The position numbers and the translations under genes are program-made. From positions 1-32,032 of the IMG/VR virus record IMGVR_UViG_3300017913_002713: DNA of 32,032 nucleotides, one strand, 5' to 3'. How positions within the stretch are numbered: position 1 is the stretch's first letter; each line of letters begins with the position of its first letter. This stretch comes from a virus. Its lineage: Duplodnaviria; Caudoviricetes. The notes below the pieces were generated by a model. It saw nothing but the letters and a program-made list of their open reading frames with translations, did no database searches and was not told the DNA's origin. Below are positions 15,734 through 24,139 of this stretch, one piece after another.

Positions 15734-16727
15734 AAAGGGATCCTTTGTACGGGGTGTTTAACCATTTGGCATATCCTTCGGCATTGTCAGCGATACGATT
15801 CAACTCATACTTTCCACAAAACTTCATCAAATGAATACCAACCTGTGGAGTTACTTTGGTTCGAACATTTTCATAAATATCCATGTCAACCTCATCTTTG
15901 ATTTCTTGTGGTTGTGCAGTCAGATCAATCAATGTCTTATTACGATTGTAGTCGTCTAATACACGATGTTGTTCATCATTGTGATCAACCCAAGATTGTA
16001 ACATAAAGTTATTCCAGTTGAAACCTTGTCGCTGACGATCTTCATATGCCTCTCGAATACCAACCTTATTTTTTGTACCTTTCTCTCGAACACCAGGATA
16101 GGCACTGAATACATTATCACTGGAATCACCTCGTACTAACTTTTTGAATAGTTCATACTGTGGGTCTTCGAGTAGTTTTGGCATACCTGTTTTCTTATCT
16201 TTTACTGGATTACCACGATCATTGAAATAACCTTCAGTAGTAATCAGATGATTAGATACACCATTGTATTGTGATACATTATCTGATATAAGTTGAACAT
16301 AGTCACTATCGGATGAGATAATGAAGTGTTCGTCATTAGGATGAAGATGAATGAATCTGGCGATAACGTCATCAGCCTCAGCGTTTGGAGACCGAATAAC
16401 GCTAACGTTAGTTTTCTTTATTAAGAATTCTAGAAATGCCTCATAGGTTTCCCAGAATAGTTTGTTTTCTTCTATTTCGGCTTCAGTCAGTAATGCCTCG
16501 TCAACTTTACGATTCTTTTTGTATGGCTCATAAAAACCCTTACGCCAAGAATGTCCTTCAAGACAAAAGACAACATGATCTATTTTGAATCTGGTCACCA
16601 TCATATTGACAGAAGCCAACGTCAGATGGATAGCCATGCCAACTTTGGTCCAAGAATCGGCAGAGCGAGAAGCGATGTGACGAGCCCGGAAGAATCCATT
16701 CATCGTGTCTATTAGTGCATATTTCAT
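15726..16727 (-). CDS. 5'-3' exonuclease / flap endonuclease (T4 RNase H-like)
   Basis: LID, YKKNR, EADD, SSDSD, GDSSDNV. Confidence 0.92.
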   Translation of the reverse strand: MKYALIDTMNGFFRARHIASRSADSWTKVGMAIHLTLASVNMMVTRFKIDHVVFCLEGHSWRKGFYEPYKKNRKVDEALLTEAEIEENKLFWETYEAFLEFLIKKTNVSVIRSPNAEADDVIARFIHLHPNDEHFIISSDSDYVQLISDNVSQYNGVSNHLITTEGYFNDRGNPVKDKKTGMPKLLEDPQYELFKKLVRGDSSDNVFSAYPGVREKGTKNKVGIREAYEDRQRQGFNWNNFMLQSWVDHNDEQHRVLDDYNRNKTLIDLTAQPQEIKDEVDMDIYENVRTKVTPQVGIHLMKFCGKYELNRIADNAEGYAKWLNTPYKGSLYE

Positions 16728-16755
16728 AATAAATCTCTATTGATAATATACGACT

Positions 16756-16797
16756 ATTATACGTTATTGGATTCTAAATGTCAAGACTTTTGGGTAA
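16756..16797 (-). promoter_or_regulatory. Consensus sigma70 promoter
   Basis: TTGACA 16784-16779, 17 bp, TATAAT 16761-16756; TTACCCAAAA box 3 nt upstream. Confidence 0.85.
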
Positions 16798-16799
16798 TA

Positions 16800-17246
16800 T
16801 TATTGGACTTCTGAATACCCGTCTCCCAAGTCTTTAGAGGTAACATTTCTCAATAAATCACTCTGTTCTGCCTGTCGCTTGTCTGGGTCCGCCATTTCCT
16901 GTTCATAAACTTCCAAGGCTATGTTCTTACAAACGGTTGTGAACCATCTATCAACAATATCAGCGTCAGTATCATCGGGTCTCAACTTGTATCCTGATTT
17001 CACTAAATCCACGACAAACTTATCATTGTAATCTAAATCAAACTCACCTGCATTGATATTCTCTGGATCAACATTGACTTGAACCACTGATACGTATGGT
17101 TCACCTTTTTGAGTCGCTTCTTCTTTTGGACTGAGTTTCTTTTTCTTGGTCTTTGGTTTTTCACCCAAGTGATCCATTACCGCCTGTGCATCAGGAGATG
17201 GTTTGATATCTTTGGGCATAAACCATTTTTTCATTTTCTCAAACAT
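16800..17246 (-). CDS. Hypothetical protein
   Basis: 148 aa ORF that fits the gene tiling. Confidence 0.75.
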   Translation of the reverse strand: MFEKMKKWFMPKDIKPSPDAQAVMDHLGEKPKTKKKKLSPKEEATQKGEPYVSVVQVNVDPENINAGEFDLDYNDKFVVDLVKSGYKLRPDDTDADIVDRWFTTVCKNIALEVYEQEMADPDKRQAEQSDLLRNVTSKDLGDGYSEVQ

Positions 17247-17859
17247 AATCTTCCTTCTTTACTGTATATATCGTTTTGTTTTTCTTCTTGTCAAAATTTT
17301 CTTCAACAATACCATCAATCCATGATGGAGGTACTCTATCTGTCCAGCGTAACAAATGTACTTTGCCATTATTGTAATAGTTACGATAGTTCTCAACAAA
17401 CTTTTTAGGATCGTCACTAACAATGTATTGATCAGCCATAGCAACACGAAGAGGTGTTAAACCAATATCAGGAATATTCTTGGGAGGATTCTTCAACATA
17501 TCACCCAAACGATCAACACAGGCATGAACTCTACCATAGCGACGAGTGTACTCATCACCCAAATGCATCCAGTGTTCATACAACCATTCATAGTTACTTT
17601 TGGATTCACGAACCCATATGTTAGATGGATGATTGATATGAGATGCCTTCATCAACTCATCTTCCATGATAGGATCAGGATGTCGCCATCGTTTGATTTT
17701 ACGATTGTTAGCGGTTAGTCCATGATACATTTCGCCATCTAAAATACGATGAGTAGTAGACAATAACTGTGGATATTCGATATTCATCTTAGTCACATGT
17801 TTGTCTACCATCAATTCAGCGGCAATCTTTGTATCGCTATCTATTCCAAAAATATTCAT
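17239..17859 (-). CDS. Pyrimidine-dimer DNA glycosylase (DenV)-like protein
   Basis: MNIF, DKHV.KM..E..QLLS, H.NHP..IW, EY..RYG..H. Confidence 0.75.
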   Translation of the reverse strand: MNIFGIDSDTKIAAELMVDKHVTKMNIEYPQLLSTTHRILDGEMYHGLTANNRKIKRWRHPDPIMEDELMKASHINHPSNIWVRESKSNYEWLYEHWMHLGDEYTRRYGRVHACVDRLGDMLKNPPKNIPDIGLTPLRVAMADQYIVSDDPKKFVENYRNYYNNGKVHLLRWTDRVPPSWIDGIVEENFDKKKNKTIYTVKKEDYV

Positions 17860-18305
17860 AAGTAGTCCTTAATAGATTCAAATTTTCCCTTACTGATATC
17901 GTATGATAATTGTGTTGTTATGTCATGTAATTTTTTGTGTATTATTCTAGCATCAGGCTCTTCGATTGTCAAGTCAGAATATTCCCGATATATGTCATTC
18001 ATATAATCTTGAACTTCTTCGAATGTTTCGAAGGGACCAGTAAAAAAATAATAAAAGTATACTCCCTTATCTAACCTTTTTTTATTTTTCGTTTTTTGTC
18101 GCTGAGTTTTACGTAGCCATCCATCAACTTCACCTACCCAATGATCATGACTCTGAGAAGATGGATACATTAATAATTTCACTAGATGCTCACTTAATAT
18201 GCCTGATTGGTGCAACAAATCATTTAATATTTTTTTTCGTCGGAACGCCATCTCAAACAACTCGGTGTCGAGAATGTAATCTAATATGATATCAGTTATT
18301 TTCAT
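17856..18305 (-). CDS. Hypothetical protein, DUF29-like
   Basis: L.EHL.KL...........W..E pattern. Confidence 0.5.
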   Translation of the reverse strand: MKITDIILDYILDTELFEMAFRRKKILNDLLHQSGILSEHLVKLLMYPSSQSHDHWVGEVDGWLRKTQRQKTKNKKRLDKGVYFYYFFTGPFETFEEVQDYMNDIYREYSDLTIEEPDARIIHKKLHDITTQLSYDISKGKFESIKDYL

Positions 18306-18808
18306 AACATCATTTCCTCAAAAGTTCTAAAACATTCCATCACTCTATTATACGCTTCTTTGTCATTATTTTCAACCGTTCTGGTGATCATGATCGGTGC
18401 CATTTTGTGCAATTGGTAATATTCCATGGCTACATCTTCCGCTACTCTCTTACTACGGTGATAAACATCACTACATTCATTTGCCTTTTCGGTAGATACC
18501 ATAATGAATGATTTTGTACTTACTCGATTGACCAGATTCATTGTCCCATTCACATTAGTAATGTAGGTTTGAATAGGTCTATCTTCTGATTTTTCAATGT
18601 TGGTTTCAGCCGCCAAATGAATAATACAATCATACGATTCAGAAATATCAAGTGGGCGATTTAAATCAGTATGATAAAAGTGATCTATCATAGGTATTTC
18701 AGAATCATCAATATCCAAACCATGTACAGTATGTTTTTTCTTCTTTTTTAGAGTTTTACATACCATATTGCCTACTGAACCAGAACATCCTGTTACTAAA
18801 ATTTTCAT
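18302..18808 (-). CDS. Short NAD-dependent epimerase/dehydratase (Rossmann part only)
   Basis: ILVTGCSGSVG, IHLAA, NVNGT, ST, YHRSK; only 168 aa. Confidence 0.75.
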   Translation of the reverse strand: MKILVTGCSGSVGNMVCKTLKKKKKHTVHGLDIDDSEIPMIDHFYHTDLNRPLDISESYDCIIHLAAETNIEKSEDRPIQTYITNVNGTMNLVNRVSTKSFIMVSTEKANECSDVYHRSKRVAEDVAMEYYQLHKMAPIMITRTVENNDKEAYNRVMECFRTFEEMML

Positions 18809-18815
18809 AATATCT

Positions 18816-18995
18816 CTATTTGATTATGCCCGTAATCCAATTTTCAGCACAATCTTCAGCGTAGTATCTACTCTTGCCATGAAGTGTTCTTACTTCCACG
18901 AGCGTGTCATCTTCATACATTTCTACGCTGTAGAGAGGTTCATTGTCAACCTCATCTAACATTACTTTAGCTTTTCTGTTCTTTATTTGTTCCAT
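18816..18995 (-). CDS. Hypothetical protein, 59 aa
   Basis: Not in ORF track. MEQIKNRKAKV...KSRYYAEDCAENWITGIIK; fills the gap. Confidence 0.7.
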   Translation of the reverse strand: MEQIKNRKAKVMLDEVDNEPLYSVEMYEDDTLVEVRTLHGKSRYYAEDCAENWITGIIK

Positions 18996-19146
18996 TGTTT
19001 TCTCTCTTTATTATATTATCGTAATAATCGGTCAGTCCCATTCGCCTTCGTCGCTTTTTTTCAGAAACCATTACACTACTGTAATAAGCTAATAAACTCA
19101 TTACAATAATAATAAATCCAGCGAATAAATTATTCAATAGTTCCAT
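18967..19146 (-). CDS. Small membrane protein, 59 aa
   Basis: Not in ORF track. MELLNNLFAGFIIIVMSLLAYYSS then KKRRRR. Confidence 0.6.
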   Translation of the reverse strand: MELLNNLFAGFIIIVMSLLAYYSSVMVSEKKRRRRMGLTDYYDNIIKRENNGTNKEQKS

Positions 19147-19151
19147 TATTT

Positions 19152-19670
19152 CTAATCTTCATAAATTGCACTATTGGCACCATGTTCAAATACTTCTACT
19201 GACTTGATGGTAACCGTAGTATTTTTTAGATTGCCTTCATTTCTTCGGTAAAACATCATTCGTTGAATATCGTGAAAAATGATTTTAGCGAACATCTCAC
19301 ATCCAACCCCTTCAACAACACGAAGATCCATAATTGCTCCACGAGTATGAGGAACCTCACTTTCTGGATTAAGACTGCTCATATCCACAATATCGGCAAA
19401 CTTTTGAAATTCGGGTAACATAGGATCAGATTCTGAAACCAATACAGTATGATCAAACATATGTCTTAGGTATTTTTCAACATCATCTAGATCATCAAAG
19501 TCCATTACCCAGTTTCTTTCATCAAGATATTCACATTCGAATACAAGTTTTATCCCAAGTGAATATCCATGTAGTGTTGAACATTTAGTATGATTTGCTC
19601 TCCATTGTCGGAAACAACAACTCAAACCACGATCATTACCATATGTTTTTGTACTGTAAAATTTAGCCAT
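19152..19670 (-). CDS. queD: 6-carboxytetrahydropterin synthase-like (QueD/PTPS)
   Basis: CSTLHGY, VMDF, FDH, GCE, VEVFEHGAN. Confidence 0.85.
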   Translation of the reverse strand: MAKFYSTKTYGNDRGLSCCFRQWRANHTKCSTLHGYSLGIKLVFECEYLDERNWVMDFDDLDDVEKYLRHMFDHTVLVSESDPMLPEFQKFADIVDMSSLNPESEVPHTRGAIMDLRVVEGVGCEMFAKIIFHDIQRMMFYRRNEGNLKNTTVTIKSVEVFEHGANSAIYED

Positions 19671-19696
19671 TAATATAATCTCTGTTCGTTTCCCAT

Positions 19697-19725
19697 ATTA
19701 TATGCTAAGTTGTTATGATTGTCAA
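19697..19725 (-). promoter_or_regulatory. Consensus sigma70 promoter
   Basis: TTGACA 19725-19720, 17 bp, TATAAT 19702-19697. Confidence 0.8.
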
Positions 19726-20168
19726 GACTTTTTTTGGTTTTCTACTACCCGTTTTCTCAAACTTGTACTACTGAAACTGTGATCTCTCTTATTGAAATAC
19801 AATCCAATATCTCTTTGCTCACAAATCTCTCTGCCAGTAAAATCTGAATCCTTGTATTCTACACCCAAGATACGAATATCAATAGGCAATGTCAACAATA
19901 GATCCTCTAGATCTTTCTCTGTATTGTAAACAATAATCTCATCTACATACTTCACGGCGCTCAGTTGAATTTGACGCTCTACAATACTTTGGACGGGTGG
20001 ATTTTTTGTGTCTGGACGATCTATGGTAGGATCATTTTGTAATCCCACAATCAGAAAGTCACAGTGATGCTTCGCTTCTTCTAGCATGGTGATATGACCA
20101 GCGTGAAGTAGGTCAAATGTGGATGCAGTGAAACCAATACTTCCACAATCTTTGTAATCTAGTTTCAT
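19722..20168 (-). CDS. Cytidylyltransferase (TagD-like)
   Basis: TFDLLHAGH, LIVG, ER, VDE, SSTSLR. Confidence 0.88.
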   Translation of the reverse strand: MKLDYKDCGSIGFTASTFDLLHAGHITMLEEAKHHCDFLIVGLQNDPTIDRPDTKNPPVQSIVERQIQLSAVKYVDEIIVYNTEKDLEDLLLTLPIDIRILGVEYKDSDFTGREICEQRDIGLYFNKRDHSFSSTSLRKRVVENQKKS

Positions 20169-20404
20169 CTTTTTAGTTTATTCCAAGTTCTGTTGGCTTC
20201 TAACTCTTGTAGCCATTCTTCTTCTGCCAAACCAAAACTAGACGATCTGGTCAAAATATCATCTAAGTGAAATTTTAGTTCCCATAATTCTTTTTTTAGT
20301 TCAAACTGTGTAAATCCATCATTGTATGGACTGTTGATTTCAGCGGATGTCCTACTAACTTCAGACATAACATTAGTAAGATCGATAGGTTTTTTGAATC
20401 CCAT
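20165..20404 (-). CDS. Hypothetical protein
   Basis: 79 aa, ATGA coupling. Confidence 0.7.
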   Translation of the reverse strand: MGFKKPIDLTNVMSEVSRTSAEINSPYNDGFTQFELKKELWELKFHLDDILTRSSSFGLAEEEWLQELEANRTWNKLKR

Positions 20405-20415
20405 AATAAATCAAT

Positions 20416-20431
20416 GAGGGCCGAAGCCCTC
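20416..20431 (-). terminator. C(UUCG)G hairpin, probable terminator or stabiliser
   Basis: GAGGGC-TTCG-GCCCTC just after the Hc1-like gene; weak U tract. Confidence 0.6.
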
Positions 20432-20437
20432 TAAATA

Positions 20438-20623
20438 TTAGCCTTCTTTACGAGCGTTCTTTGTATCTTGGATTTCACCACGACGAACTTTAGCTAGTTT
20501 GCCAATCTCGCCTAACGCTTTACGGGCACGAGTCCCAGCTGCGGCATTACCCTTTTCTTCAAACTTCTCGTTCTCTGCTAGGTATGCTTCATATTGCTCT
20601 ACGATTTGATCATGTGTACTCAT
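20438..20623 (-). CDS. Histone H1-like (Hc1 family) small protein
   Basis: KF.EKGNAAAGTRARKAL.E..K....R motif. Confidence 0.75.
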   Translation of the reverse strand: MSTHDQIVEQYEAYLAENEKFEEKGNAAAGTRARKALGEIGKLAKVRRGEIQDTKNARKEG

Positions 20624-20650
20624 TTTTTTCTCCTTAAAGTAACGTACTAT

Positions 20651-21784
20651 TTATTCGCCTGTAGTGACACTTTCATAAATTCTATTATGAGTAGTGTTCA
20701 CTCGAATGAATGTTGTTCGCTTGGGCAACTCTTTTAGATTCTTTGCCCCAACGTATGTACAAGTAGACCTGACACCACCCAAAATGTCTCCAATGATGGG
20801 TGACACATCCCCGCGATATGGTAACTCAATAACTCGTCCCTCACTTGCTCTGTAATTCTTTGTTCCACCATGTTTCTCCTGTGCCGCTGTTGAACTCATT
20901 CCATAAAATTGTACAAAACTTTTTTCTTTATTTACTTTTTTAGTTCCAAATTCTTCCCAATCATCACATAACTCATTTGATTGATAAACCTTGTGAATAA
21001 TTTCGCCACCACCTTGATCGGTGCCAGCAAGCATACCACCTAGCATTACAAAGTCTGCACCTGCTCCGAAAGCCTTTGCCACATCTCCAGAGCTTGAACA
21101 ACCTCCGTCAGCAATAATGTGTCCACCCAAACCATGAGAAGCATCAGCACACTCAATAACAGCAGACAACTGAGGATAACCAACGCCTGTTTTAACACGG
21201 GTGGTACAAACACTACCAGGTCCAATACCCACTTTAACAATATCTGCCCCACGTAATATCAACTCCTCTGTAATATCAGGTGTTACTACATTTCCAGCAA
21301 TAATGACCTTATTAAGATATTTAGTTCTCATATCTTCAACAAATCCAATAAATCGCTCAGAGTAACCATTTGCTACATCAATACAGATAAACTTGATATC
21401 TGGAATCTTTTGAATAAGTTCATCAACTCGTTTCATATCTTCTTCGCTAACACCTGTACTAATAGCAATGTTATTGTCCCACATAAAAGTAGGTATGTCT
21501 TTTAGATCTTCATAACTATGGTACTTGTGTAAAGTTGTAAATAATCCTGCTTGAGCCAACTTCAACGCCATTGGTACAGTACCAACACCATCCATATTGG
21601 CGGCAATAATAGGTACACCAAAGTAGTGAGTATCATCTTTAGAATTCTGTGGAAATTCTGGTGAATAGTTGGCAAACTTGTATCGTTTCCACAAGTCAAC
21701 ATCACTTCTACTTGATAATACACTTCGCTTCGGACGAATCAATACATCCGAATAGTCTAGTTTTGGATCATCAATAATTCTCAT
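20651..21784 (-). CDS. guaC: GMP reductase
   Basis: [52 protein letters not shown]. Start moved to ATG 21784. Confidence 0.95.
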   Translation of the reverse strand: MRIIDDPKLDYSDVLIRPKRSVLSSRSDVDLWKRYKFANYSPEFPQNSKDDTHYFGVPIIAANMDGVGTVPMALKLAQAGLFTTLHKYHSYEDLKDIPTFMWDNNIAISTGVSEEDMKRVDELIQKIPDIKFICIDVANGYSERFIGFVEDMRTKYLNKVIIAGNVVTPDITEELILRGADIVKVGIGPGSVCTTRVKTGVGYPQLSAVIECADASHGLGGHIIADGGCSSSGDVAKAFGAGADFVMLGGMLAGTDQGGGEIIHKVYQSNELCDDWEEFGTKKVNKEKSFVQFYGMSSTAAQEKHGGTKNYRASEGRVIELPYRGDVSPIIGDILGGVRSTCTYVGAKNLKELPKRTTFIRVNTTHNRIYESVTTGE

Positions 21785-22731
21785 ATGTTTTTCTTCTCCC
21801 ATTCATATGCGTGTCTTACAATATCTTCAAGGGCGAATAATGGTTCCCACCCCAATAAATCTTTTGCTTTTCTGTTATCCGCTTCTGCACGAGCATGATC
21901 ACCTGGTCTACTGTCTTTTATCTCATACTTTAATTCGGTGTCAGCTATTGAATTCAAAGTATCTACAATATCCAAGTTACTAACTGATTTGCCTCTTCCT
22001 ATGTTGAATGTATCAGACACATTATTCTTCATTATGTATGACATACTCATGCTCGTGGCTCTAGCAATATCATAAACATGGGTGTAATCTCGTTCACATG
22101 TGCCATCTTTTGTCGGATAACTATTTCCATTGATTGTCAATGTTTCACCCTTTAATAATTTCTGACAGGCGATTGGAAGAATGTGTGACGCTGGATTTAA
22201 TGTGTATCCATGTGATAAATCAGGCATAGCACCCGCTACATTAAAATAGCGTAATACAGCATACTTTAGTCCATACGCTTTTTCATAATCAGGTAATAGT
22301 TGTTCAATAACTGCTTTGGATTTAGCATACGGATTGATAGGGTTTACTGGCACCGTTTCATCTTGTGGAACAATGTTATTATTCCCAAAAACACTACTAC
22401 TACTGGCAAATACAAAATACTTTATGTTCGCTTCTACCATGGCATTCAATAGTGTAATAGTGAATGATATGTTGTTATTGTAATACTTGGCTGGATCTTT
22501 TACACTTTTCCCAAGTTGATGAGAAGCGGCAAGATGAATAACGACATCCGGTGATATTTCTTTTAGATGTTGTGGTAGATAATGAGAGTTTATCAGGTCA
22601 ATAGAAGTTACTCCTTCTATCTCTTTGTAATATCTATCGATTGAATAAACATCGTATCCTTGTTCTATTAGGTGTTTACATAGTGTGGTTCCAACAAATC
22701 CACTACCACCCGTTACAAGAATTTTACTCAT
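21781..22731 (-). CDS. galE: UDP-glucose 4-epimerase-like SDR
   Basis: [36 protein letters not shown]. Confidence 0.88.
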   Translation of the reverse strand: MSKILVTGGSGFVGTTLCKHLIEQGYDVYSIDRYYKEIEGVTSIDLINSHYLPQHLKEISPDVVIHLAASHQLGKSVKDPAKYYNNNISFTITLLNAMVEANIKYFVFASSSSVFGNNNIVPQDETVPVNPINPYAKSKAVIEQLLPDYEKAYGLKYAVLRYFNVAGAMPDLSHGYTLNPASHILPIACQKLLKGETLTINGNSYPTKDGTCERDYTHVYDIARATSMSMSYIMKNNVSDTFNIGRGKSVSNLDIVDTLNSIADTELKYEIKDSRPGDHARAEADNRKAKDLLGWEPLFALEDIVRHAYEWEKKNI

Positions 22732-22787
22732 TTGATTTCCTTAATAGTGTGTGTCGGCCTAGATATTTAGACCGACATACATGGTTG

Positions 22788-22997
22788 CTAAAGTTTAATG
22801 CCAAACTTCTTGGCATCCTGTAACCATTGATCATTTGGTCGTTTGCCATTTCGATACTTATCGAACTGCCGCCAAACATAACTACGAGGCTGGTTCAAAT
22901 CCTTCTCGTTATATTTGTAACCAAACTCCACACAGAATGCACGAAGTTGATCAAGTGTTTCAAAAATGTCATTTACTGTAGGTCTAGACATTTCCAT
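22788..22997 (-). CDS. Hypothetical protein
   Basis: 69 aa, GAGG SD. Confidence 0.7.
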   Translation of the reverse strand: MEMSRPTVNDIFETLDQLRAFCVEFGYKYNEKDLNQPRSYVWRQFDKYRNGKRPNDQWLQDAKKFGIKL

Positions 22998-23001
22998 TTC
23001 C

Positions 23002-23340
23002 TCATTTAAGATAGTTAATAGTTACGCCATTATCTTCATCATCTCTGATATTAATAATGACATCTCGGTTGGGATAAGTTGATGCTATCTGCTCGTAAAG
23101 ATCATCAGCCATCATTTCACAAGACTTGAAGTTGAAATCCATGAATAGTTGACTACATATCTGTTTCAACCAATCTTTGAATCTCATAACTTCAATACCC
23201 CCGTCATTGTAAAATACTTCAATCGATACTGTAAAATATCGAGTTGGAGTTCCTTCTTGAAATCGTACATCAACCATACGTTTGGCATATCTTTTGATAG
23301 CCATTCGATTTTCTGCCAATGCGATTTCTCGTTGATCCAT
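23002..23340 (-). CDS. Divergent T-fold (QueD-like) protein
   Basis: SCEMMA..L and I.I.DDEDNG parallel GCEMFA and VEVFEHGANS of the QueD gene; contains no His. Confidence 0.45.
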   Translation of the reverse strand: MDQREIALAENRMAIKRYAKRMVDVRFQEGTPTRYFTVSIEVFYNDGGIEVMRFKDWLKQICSQLFMDFNFKSCEMMADDLYEQIASTYPNRDVIINIRDDEDNGVTINYLK

Positions 23341-23342
23341 TA

Positions 23343-24074
23343 TTACTTAGATTGTGCCGGTAACAAATATTGCCAAGTAGCCAATCCACTTTCAACAGTA
23401 ATCTCAGCCGCTCCCTGATCAGAAATACGAACAGTCTTCGTACCAGGCAAATCCATAATCGCCAAGAATACTTTAACAGGCCACATCCATTGACGACTCA
23501 ATGAGCCAGTCACATCAGGCTGAAATACAAAGTTACCTGAGTGTGTAGATGGGTCACCAAAGAATACTTTCAAATCACCATTCTCTGTCTTGGTAGAGAA
23601 TGTTGTTTCTTCACTATTCGCCGATGCCTGTTTCTTCAATCTCATGATACCAGGAACTGTTGGTTCAAACTCAACATCCCATGAAGCACCCTTGAATGAA
23701 ACAGCCTTTACCTTGTCTTCCACAATCGCCTGTGACATCAATCGATAATCATTCACAAAGTCACCTGACTTGGTTTCAAAGTGAATCGTAGCGGGAATCT
23801 CTTCGCCATTACGCTCGACACGATTAACACAAATCGTAGCGTTCTCATCATAATCATCAAAACTCAATATTGTCTTCAGTTTTGATAGATTGGGCATTCC
23901 GAATGTGCCAATAAACTCAGCGTTCGGACCATTGAATGTACCAAATACCACGACAGATTTATCATCTGCCAGCGCCGAGATTTTAGTCTCAGTTTCAGTA
24001 CCCTCAACTTTGACCAGTTCAACTGCACCTAGACCATAAGTATGTTGAATCAAGTCTAACAAGTTATCTTTCAT
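23343..24074 (-). CDS. Probable sliding clamp (gp45/PCNA-like)
   Basis: 243 aa acidic beta-rich protein next to polB; clamp-like size and strand pattern. Confidence 0.6.
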   Translation of the reverse strand: MKDNLLDLIQHTYGLGAVELVKVEGTETETKISALADDKSVVVFGTFNGPNAEFIGTFGMPNLSKLKTILSFDDYDENATICVNRVERNGEEIPATIHFETKSGDFVNDYRLMSQAIVEDKVKAVSFKGASWDVEFEPTVPGIMRLKKQASANSEETTFSTKTENGDLKVFFGDPSTHSGNFVFQPDVTGSLSRQWMWPVKVFLAIMDLPGTKTVRISDQGAAEITVESGLATWQYLLPAQSK

Positions 24075-24102
24075 TTTTTTCTCCGTCGTTGTTTATGTTG
24101 GT

Positions 24103-24131
24103 AGTATACACCCGAATGGCATGAATGTCAA
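24103..24131 (-). promoter_or_regulatory. sigma70 promoter
   Basis: TTGACA 24131-24126, 17 bp, TATACT 24108-24103. Confidence 0.8.
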
Positions 24132-24139
24132 ACGAGTGT

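Noticed and set aside
19054-19060. In-frame A AAA AAG slippery heptamer in the small membrane gene
   Set aside because: The -1 frame stops after about 12 codons and joins no downstream ORF.
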